A stretch of DNA of 40,688 nt from assembly GCA_947454665.1 (NCBI GenBank), contig CANGMU010000001.1, positions 1-40,688 on the forward strand, written 5' to 3'. This stretch comes from Pseudomonadota bacterium. GTDB taxonomy: Bacteria > Pseudomonadota > Gammaproteobacteria > Steroidobacterales > Steroidobacteraceae. The notes below the pieces were generated by a model that ran no database searches, was not told the DNA's origin, and saw nothing but the letters and a program-made list of their open reading frames with translations. Numbering within the stretch: the stretch's first letter is position 1; each line of letters opens with the position of its first letter. The position numbers were made by a program, and so were the translations under genes. Positions 34,323 to 40,688 of the stretch are shown piece by piece.

Positions 34323-35891
34323 TTAGCGCGTGACGACCGATTCCACCGGCCAGAGCACCGAGTCGTACACGGCGGTCGCGATGGGTGGGCCCTGCGGCGG
34401 CCAGTCCGGCGTCGCGGTGAGCTCGACCTTCGCACCGAGCTTGCGCAGGTTGGCGGCCAGCGCGTTGTTGGGCGGCTGCGCCATGGCAAGGAAGGGCACA
34501 TACCCACGGCCCATCGCGTAATCGAGCGCGGTAAGGCCGTCTTCGTCCTTCGCGTTGATGTCCAGCTTCAAATCGAGCAGGGCCTGGATCAGCTGCGGAT
34601 TGCCCCCGTTTCGCACGACGTAGTGCAGGGCCGAACCGCCGCGCGTGCGGGCCAGGAAATGCCGCTTCGACATCAGGTTGACGTCGGCGCCTGCCTGGGC
34701 GAGCAGCTTGACCAATTCGGCCTGCGGATTGGTACGCGGGCCCCGGGCAGCGGCCTCTCCTTCTTCCGCCTGCGCCGCAGGTTCTTCCGGGAAGGCGAAC
34801 GGCGACCGACCGCCCCGACGTGAATTTACCGCCATGATGATCGGGCCGCGACCATCGGCCGTGGCCAGATGCACGTTGGCGCCGTGCGCCAGCAGCAGCT
34901 TCACCACCTCGAGGTTGCCGGTTCCGCAGGCCACCAGGAAAGGCGTCATGCCGCGATCCGCGGCACCACCCAGGCCCGTGGCCCCGAAGTGCTGCTGCTG
35001 GTTCGGATTGGCGCCACGCTCGACCAGCAGGTTCACCAGCGCACGGCCAGTGGTCTTGTTCGGCTGGTCATTGTCGAGCGGGTTGCGGTTGTTCGCCGTC
35101 TGCATGTTGCCGATGGCCACATGCAACGGTGCGCGACCGTACCAGTCCCAGCCGTTAACGTCGGCACCGGCCTCAACAAGACGCTTGGCGATATCCCAGT
35201 TGGCGTTGAGCATGGCCACCGAAAGAGGGCCCACCTCGCTCGGATCGCCCAGGTTCACGTCCGCCTTGTGCTTGAGCAGGATCTCGACGCATTCGCGGCA
35301 GTTTTCGCGCGCGGCGTAGAGCAGCGGCGTGAGGCCACCGCGGTCCAGAGATTTGGCGCGGCTTTCTGCCTGCACCACGCGCTGATAGTCGCGGATCGCA
35401 CTGCGGGCATTCACGTCGGCGCCCTTCGAGGCCAGCAGTTCGACCATCGCCGGATGACGGCGCGCTACCGCCCACATCAACGGCGTCTGTCCGCCGAAGC
35501 TTTCTTTCGGATCGACCTTCGCGCCGGCCTTGAGCAGCGATTTCGCCGCCTCGACGTTGCCGGCTCGCGCCACCAGGTGCAGTGCGGTCTCGCCGTCGGC
35601 ATTGGGGGACGTCGGGTCGGCGCCGGCCTTCAGCAACAGCGCGATCAGCTCGGTGTTGCCGCTGTCGGCAGCCAGCTGCATCGCGTTGACGCCGTAGACA
35701 TTCGTCGCGCGCACTTTCGCGCCCGCCTTGATCAGCCGCTTCGCCGCCGCGACGTCGCCCTCAAAGGCGGCCATCTGCAGTGGCGTGGTGCCGTCCGCCC
35801 TGACCGGCTCATCGACCTTCGCGGCGGACACGCTGGCCGTGGCCAGCAGTGCGACAGCGACGGAAGCCAGCGTGATTACCCCTCGTGCCAT
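34323..35891 (-). CDS. periplasmic ankyrin-repeat protein (about ten ANK repeats)
   Basis: Sec signal MARGVITLASVAVALLATASVSA|A. ANK consensus blocks recur: G.TPL..AA..G......LL..GA.VN (TPLQMAAFEGDVAAAKRLIKAGAKV, ETALHLVARAGNVEAAKSLLKAGAKV, LTPLLYAARENCRECVEILLKHKADVN and others). Confidence 0.88.
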   Translation of the reverse strand: MARGVITLASVAVALLATASVSAAKVDEPVRADGTTPLQMAAFEGDVAAAKRLIKAGAKVRATNVYGVNAMQLAADSGNTELIALLLKAGADPTSPNADGETALHLVARAGNVEAAKSLLKAGAKVDPKESFGGQTPLMWAVARRHPAMVELLASKGADVNARSAIRDYQRVVQAESRAKSLDRGGLTPLLYAARENCRECVEILLKHKADVNLGDPSEVGPLSVAMLNANWDIAKRLVEAGADVNGWDWYGRAPLHVAIGNMQTANNRNPLDNDQPNKTTGRALVNLLVERGANPNQQQHFGATGLGGAADRGMTPFLVACGTGNLEVVKLLLAHGANVHLATADGRGPIIMAVNSRRGGRSPFAFPEEPAAQAEEGEAAARGPRTNPQAELVKLLAQAGADVNLMSKRHFLARTRGGSALHYVVRNGGNPQLIQALLDLKLDINAKDEDGLTALDYAMGRGYVPFLAMAQPPNNALAANLRKLGAKVELTATPDWPPQGPPIATAVYDSVLWPVESVVTR

Positions 35892-35895
35892 GGCC

Positions 35896-37173
35896 TTATG
35901 CCTCGCCGAAGGTGCCGGTTGCGTCGCCGAAGTGATCCAGCTTCACGCCCGCGCGCTGGGACATCGTCAGCAGCACGTTGGCCAGCGGCGTGTCCTTCGG
36001 GGCCGAGATGTGCTGGTTGCCCTTGAATCCACCGCCCTTGCCGAGGACGAGGCAGGGCAGCTGGCTGCAGTTGTGCAGGTCCGAATTACCGAGGTTCGAC
36101 CCGTATAGCATCATGGTCGTGTCGAGCAGGTTCTTGTCGCCTTCCTTGATGCTCTGGAGCTTCTGAGCGAGTCGCGCAAAGCGCTCGATCTGCCAGGTCT
36201 GCACGCGACGCAGCTTTTCCTGCTTGTCCGGATCCTCGCCGTGGTGCGACAGCGGGTGGTAGGCCTCGTCCACGTTGATGGATGGGAAGGTGCGCATCGA
36301 CGCTTCCTTGATCATGCGCAGCGAGGCGACGCGCGTCTGGCCGGTCTGGAAGGCCAGCGCCACCATCTCGAACTGCACGTCCACCAGCTCGGTGAAATCA
36401 TCCGGCGTGCCGCGCGGTGCATCCGGCAGTTCGCCCAGGCTGTCGGCCTTCGCCATCAGTTTCGAGACGCGGCCCTCGACCTCGCGGACCGACTCCAGGT
36501 AATCGCTCACGAGCGCGCGATCCGCCGCGCCGAGCTTGCGGTTGAGGCTGTTGCTGGCTTCGAGCACGTAATCGAGCAGGCTGTCGGTGGCCTTGAGTCG
36601 AGCGACACGGTCGGCGTTGGAATCACCCGGGCCGAACATCGTGTTGAACACCTTGCGCGGGTTGCCTTCCAGCGGGAGGCTGCGGTTGAGCCCCGTGTAG
36701 GACGTGGCACCACCCGGCTCCGCGCAGAGTTCCAGCGAAGTCAGCGGCGTGTCCTTGCCGATCGTCTTCGCGATCAGCTGGTCGACCGAAATGCCGGCCT
36801 CGGGGCCCCAGGTGTTCAGCTGTGGATCCTGCACCGTCAACCAGGTCTGCTCGGTGATGCCGTGCGGCGGATTCTGGCGCTCGCCCGACTTGTTGCGGAT
36901 GTTGGTGAACAGCGTGACGTAGTCGCGCACGGCTTCCATCGGCTTGAGGATGGGCGAGAACTCGAAGCCCTTGCCCGTGCCCTTGGGCACCCAGAACCGC
37001 TCCACCGCCCCATGCGGCACATACACGAAGCCGACGCGCGGCTTCACGGCGGCGGCGGTGTCAGCCAACGCGGTGCTGGCCGGGACCATCGCGTCCAGCA
37101 GCGGCAGCGCGATGGCGGCGCCGACGCCCTTGAGCATCGTGCGGCGGGGAATGTGCTTCTTGGTGATGAACAT
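35896..37173 (-). CDS. DUF1552-family protein with twin-arginine signal
   Basis: GGAGG SD. The Tat signal is KKHIPRRTMLKGVGAAIALPLLDAM. The characteristic YHPLSHHG motif is present. It sits immediately downstream of a DUF1592-type gene, the usual pairing. Confidence 0.87.
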   Translation of the reverse strand: MFITKKHIPRRTMLKGVGAAIALPLLDAMVPASTALADTAAAVKPRVGFVYVPHGAVERFWVPKGTGKGFEFSPILKPMEAVRDYVTLFTNIRNKSGERQNPPHGITEQTWLTVQDPQLNTWGPEAGISVDQLIAKTIGKDTPLTSLELCAEPGGATSYTGLNRSLPLEGNPRKVFNTMFGPGDSNADRVARLKATDSLLDYVLEASNSLNRKLGAADRALVSDYLESVREVEGRVSKLMAKADSLGELPDAPRGTPDDFTELVDVQFEMVALAFQTGQTRVASLRMIKEASMRTFPSINVDEAYHPLSHHGEDPDKQEKLRRVQTWQIERFARLAQKLQSIKEGDKNLLDTTMMLYGSNLGNSDLHNCSQLPCLVLGKGGGFKGNQHISAPKDTPLANVLLTMSQRAGVKLDHFGDATGTFGEA

Positions 37174-37196
37174 GGTCTTCGGTGCCTCCAGAGAAG

Positions 37197-39683
37197 CTAC
37201 TGAACGGTCGACGCAATCTTGGGAAGGGTCTGCTTCGGCAGCGCTGCGGCCGGCGCGCGACGGCGGAAGGCATCGCTGTTGACGATGCCCAGCACCAGCG
37301 ATTCGAAGCTGAGTCCGTCGGACTTCGCCTCGCGCACGACAGCACGCACGGTCGGCATGTCGTTGTGGTCGATATGGCGACCGACCGCATAGGTCATCAG
37401 CTTCTCCGTGATGATCCCGGCGAACTGGTCGCCGCGCACAGCCAGCGCCTTGTGCAGGTCAGCCGGGCCCACGAGGGTCTGGCCGTCAGGCATCGTGGCC
37501 GTGGAATCGATCACCTGCCGCGACTGCGGATCGATCTTGCGATAAGCGCCGACCGTATCGAAATTCTCGAGCGCGAAGCCGAGCGGATCCATCACGGCAT
37601 GGCAGCTCGCGCAGGCGGGGTTGCGACGGTGGATCTCGGTCTGTTCACGCACGGTCGCGGGCTTGCCCTTCACGGCCTCGCCCAGGTCCGGCACGTTCGG
37701 CGGCGGCACCGCAGGCGGCGTCCCGAGGATGCGTTCCAGGATCCAGGCACCGCGCAGCACCGGAGCCGTGCGGTTCGGATTGGCCGTCACCATCAGCACC
37801 GCGCCCTTGCCCAGCAGGCCATGGCGATTCGGATCTGACAAGGTGACCTTGTGGAAGCCGTTGCCGCGGATGTCCGTATAGCCATAGATCAGCGCGACCT
37901 GCTCGTTGATGAAGCTGTGGTCGGCCGTCAGCAGGTCCGTGACCGGCCGCTCCGAACGCAGGATGCTGTCCATGAACAGCTCCAGTTCCTTCTTGAGCGC
38001 CGGCCGCGGGTCATAAACGCCGCTGGCATGCTGGAACAGCGCCGCCGCGGGGACGATGCTGTCCATCTTCGCGATGTTGAGCCACTGGAAGGCGAAATCA
38101 CGCGTCAGCGAGATGGCGCGCGGATCCGCGATCATCCGGTGGACCTGGGCCTTCAGCACGTCCGGCTTGGAAAGCTGGCCCGTCTCGGCGAGCGAAAGCA
38201 GGGTGTCGTCCGGCAGGCTGCTCCACAGGAAGAAGGACAGGCGCGAAGCCAGCTCCAGGTCCGTCAGCGGACGCGAGCCCTGGTCGACTGCGGCTTCCGC
38301 GCGGTACAGGAAGTGCGGGCTGACCAGGATGGCGGCGATCGACTCGCGCACGCCGCCCTCGAAGCCGTCCACCTTCTGGCCCTTTTCGTAAAAGCGCATC
38401 AGCGGGGCCATGTCCTCGTCCGTGACCGGCCTGCGGAAGGCCTGGCGTGCCAGTCGGCCGATGATCTTCTCGGCGCAGCCGCGCTCTTCCGCGGCGGCGG
38501 CAGGACGGCAGCTGAAGACCTTCTTGCGGCTCGCCGAATCGCTCATGCCGGAGATCTTCAACGGCCCCTTCACCTGGAAGGCGTGCACGGCCGGCACGCG
38601 GTGCTGACCGCCCTCCAGCGCATTCGCCGGACGGCGATCGTCACCGGGCTGGTACTGCAGCGTGCGCGAATCGCTCTCGGCGTAACTGCGACGCAGGAAA
38701 GTCACGGCGAGCGTGTGCTGGCCAGCGGTGGCCCTGAAGCGGATGTCCTTCAGCCGGCCATTGATCTGGGCCACGGCGTCGTCGAGCCGCTGGTCGATGG
38801 CCGTGTGATCCTCTTCGCCACCGATGGTGGTGCGCCAGATCTCCTTGCCGTCGAGCAGCGCGATCACGGTGTTCTCGAACTCCATGTTCGGCACCGTGCG
38901 GGCCAGGGCCATGTCGCCGATGGTGAGCAGATACTCGCCGTCGGCCGGGAAATTATGCAGCGCGCTCATGCCACCGCGCGTGCCGAAGGGCATGCCGTCC
39001 CGGTAGCGACGCTGGTTGCCGGATCCGATGGCCGGCGCGGCGGCCAGCGACAGGATCATGTTCGGAACGAGGCCGTAGGTGGTTTCCAACGGCACCGACT
39101 TCGGGTCGCCCACCGCCAGCAGCGCCAGCGAACGCGAGGCCGAGACCGCCTGGTCCATGAACGTCGCATTCATCTGCAGCGACTCGGCGTTGGTGTCGAA
39201 GTCGTCCTTGAGCGGATCCTGGGGCAGCCAGGTGGCGGCGTCGATCTCGAGGCCCAGCAGGTCCTTCACCGCGTTCGCGTATTCACGGCGGTTGAGGCGA
39301 CGCAGCGGCACATGCCCGACGTGGGGGGCAGCCTCCTGCGCCTTGTCGAGCGTGGTTTCAAGCCAGCTCACCATGCTCTGCACGGCGGCGCGATCCGGCT
39401 GCTGCTTTTCGGTCGGCGGCGGCATCAGGCCGCTGCGCAGCTTCTTGATCGCGGATTCCCAGACCTTGGATTCCTGCGGGATGCCTTCTGCGGACAGCGT
39501 GTCAAAGGCAATGCTGCCGGCCCAGTCCGTGGTGTTGTGGCAGCCGAAGCAGTACTTCTCGACGGTCTGCCAATTCGAGGCGTGCGGAGCCACCGCGGGG
39601 GCAGCCGAGGGCTGCGCCGCAGCGGTCACACCCGAGATCGCGCCAAGGCCCGTCAAAAGAGCCAGCAATCGCATCGCACTCAT
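37197..39683 (-). CDS. DUF1592/DUF1588/DUF1585-type multidomain protein with two CxxCH haem-c motifs
   Basis: ORF 37197..39743 was trimmed to ATG 39681-39683 (MSAMRLLALLTGLGAISGVTAAA, Sec signal). The N-terminal motif is EKYCFGCHN (39537..39551) and the C-terminal motif is CASCHAVMDPLGFALENFD (37599..37613). The long alpha-helical middle is typical of this family. Confidence 0.87.
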   Translation of the reverse strand: MSAMRLLALLTGLGAISGVTAAAQPSAAPAVAPHASNWQTVEKYCFGCHNTTDWAGSIAFDTLSAEGIPQESKVWESAIKKLRSGLMPPPTEKQQPDRAAVQSMVSWLETTLDKAQEAAPHVGHVPLRRLNRREYANAVKDLLGLEIDAATWLPQDPLKDDFDTNAESLQMNATFMDQAVSASRSLALLAVGDPKSVPLETTYGLVPNMILSLAAAPAIGSGNQRRYRDGMPFGTRGGMSALHNFPADGEYLLTIGDMALARTVPNMEFENTVIALLDGKEIWRTTIGGEEDHTAIDQRLDDAVAQINGRLKDIRFRATAGQHTLAVTFLRRSYAESDSRTLQYQPGDDRRPANALEGGQHRVPAVHAFQVKGPLKISGMSDSASRKKVFSCRPAAAAEERGCAEKIIGRLARQAFRRPVTDEDMAPLMRFYEKGQKVDGFEGGVRESIAAILVSPHFLYRAEAAVDQGSRPLTDLELASRLSFFLWSSLPDDTLLSLAETGQLSKPDVLKAQVHRMIADPRAISLTRDFAFQWLNIAKMDSIVPAAALFQHASGVYDPRPALKKELELFMDSILRSERPVTDLLTADHSFINEQVALIYGYTDIRGNGFHKVTLSDPNRHGLLGKGAVLMVTANPNRTAPVLRGAWILERILGTPPAVPPPNVPDLGEAVKGKPATVREQTEIHRRNPACASCHAVMDPLGFALENFDTVGAYRKIDPQSRQVIDSTATMPDGQTLVGPADLHKALAVRGDQFAGIITEKLMTYAVGRHIDHNDMPTVRAVVREAKSDGLSFESLVLGIVNSDAFRRRAPAAALPKQTLPKIASTVQ

Positions 39684-39742
39684 CCCGATCCCCCGTTGGC
39701 CGCAGACAAGGTCTGCGAGCCGTCCACCCTCTTTAACCCCCA

Positions 39743-39748
39743 AGTATA
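39743..39748 (-). promoter_or_regulatory. candidate -10 box (TATACT) for the DUF1592 operon
   Basis: The minus strand reads ctCTTATACTtggg, 59 nt upstream of ATG 39683. No convincing -35 element. Confidence 0.3.
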
Positions 39749-40042
39749 AGAGCGACTGATCCGGCGGAGGTTCCCCTTTTTAGGCCTCGCCCCGAGGGCT
39801 GCTGCACTGCCGTTGACTTGTCGCCGTGCTGGATGCCAGACCGGCCGCTGGCATGGCACGTCGGCGGCTGCCCGACCCAAGCTGACAGGAGGCGCTTTGA
39901 CGAGTAGACAAGGGTGAGCGAGAGCCGGAGGTCCGTGGACAGTGACAAGCGCTGCCGAGAGCCGCCTTGCCATGACAATGACATTCACCCGGCATTCCAA
40001 CGTACGCAACGGACTGCCTGCCACCCAGAAGATTGGGCGGGA

Positions 40043-40688
40043 TCAGCTAGCCCCGTGTGCCGGGTCCGGATAGCGAGGCATCAGCAGAAATCCGGCACAG
40101 CCGACCAGCAGGCCGATGGCACTCACAAGCAGCGCGAGGGAATAGCTGCCGGTCGTATCACGCACCGCCCCCACCCAGAGCGGACCTATGCCTGAAGCGA
40201 AGATGAAGGCGAAATACAGCCAGCCGTAGATCTTCCCGAACTGCTTCAACCCGAAGTAGCGTGCGATCAGGAATCCCATCAGGTCGAGCTCTGCGCCGAG
40301 CGCGAGGCCGATTGCAATTGCCGTGAGCCAGGCATAGTCGGCGCCCAGAAAGAACAAGCACAGGTTGCCCGCCGCAGCGACCAAGCTGATGGCAATCGCG
40401 ATGAGCGGCGCAAAGATGCGATCCAGTGCCAGGCCCACCAGCATCCGACTGGCAATGACGGCGAGACCGATTTCCCCAGCCAGCTTGCCGGCCGCTCGCG
40501 GTTCAAAACCCGCATCGCCGAGCAGGGGCACGAAATGCGGTAAAAGCCCCATGAACGACAACGACATCATCGCGAAGCTGCCTGCCAGCATCCAGAAAAC
40601 CGGAGTGCGGAACCAATCCGCAGCCTCCTTGGTGTCAACCCGACCCACGCGCTTTATCTCGCCCGCTGCATGCCGCGATGGCAGCAGC
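40043..40688 (-). CDS. MFS transporter, C-terminal half (5' end outside the window)
   Basis: ORF 40043..40648 begins at an internal GTG. I checked that the same frame stays open up to nt 40687 (…LLPSRHAAGEIKR-VGRVDTKEAADWF), which fits an MFS central loop. Six hydrophobic segments follow. Confidence 0.8.
   Translation of the reverse strand, partial: LLPSRHAAGEIKRVGRVDTKEAADWFRTPVFWMLAGSFAMMSLSFMGLLPHFVPLLGDAGFEPRAAGKLAGEIGLAVIASRMLVGLALDRIFAPLIAIAISLVAAAGNLCLFFLGADYAWLTAIAIGLALGAELDLMGFLIARYFGLKQFGKIYGWLYFAFIFASGIGPLWVGAVRDTTGSYSLALLVSAIGLLVGCAGFLLMPRYPDPAHGAS

Noticed and set aside
39680-40024. Minus-strand ORFs of 71-114 aa (39680..40024, 39733..39984, 39780..39995) in the long intergenic region.
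   Set aside because: They overlap one another and the DUF1592 gene start, lack an SD, and have Arg/Ser/Ala/Gly-rich products. They are treated as non-coding pending conservation data.

Overview
This is a high-GC (about two-thirds G+C by eye) proteobacterial chromosomal segment that is almost fully coding. I call 35 protein-coding genes, two of them truncated by the window edges. I recognised no rRNA, tRNA, CRISPR array, transposase or integrase. The ORF track contains many long antisense or overprinted ORFs typical of high-GC DNA, so real genes were chosen by family signatures, signal peptides and SD-spaced starts. Coordinates are derived from the ORF track. Two themes stand out. (1) Lignin/aromatic-type catabolic genes are scattered through the window: LigAB extradiol dioxygenase, Nu-class GST YghU, quinohaemoprotein PQQ alcohol dehydrogenase, an ALDH3/coniferyl-aldehyde-type dehydrogenase, a tannase/feruloyl esterase, a lignostilbene/carotenoid-type dioxygenase, a TonB-dependent receptor and MFS permeases. 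(2) There is an unusual density of exported proteins of unknown function in recurring combinations. Four paralogues carry an uncharacterised GHSIGxWEGDxLVV module, and two of these are fused to a DUF6152-like domain whose predicted mature N-terminus is His-His. Secreted NTF2/SnoaL-like proteins are repeatedly paired or fused with serine hydrolases. A compact five-gene operon (32107..39683) encodes a DUF1592-type di-CxxCH protein, DUF1552, a periplasmic ankyrin, a Tat-exported MBL hydrolase and a His-His protein; I consider it the best candidate for an undescribed system. Housekeeping-type genes fill the rest: FKBP and cyclophilin PPIases, a DnaQ-like exonuclease, YaeQ, a RIO-type kinase, a hybrid sensor kinase, a 2Fe-2S ferredoxin and a POT-family transporter. 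All family assignments are from reading the translations and from memory; no searches were run.
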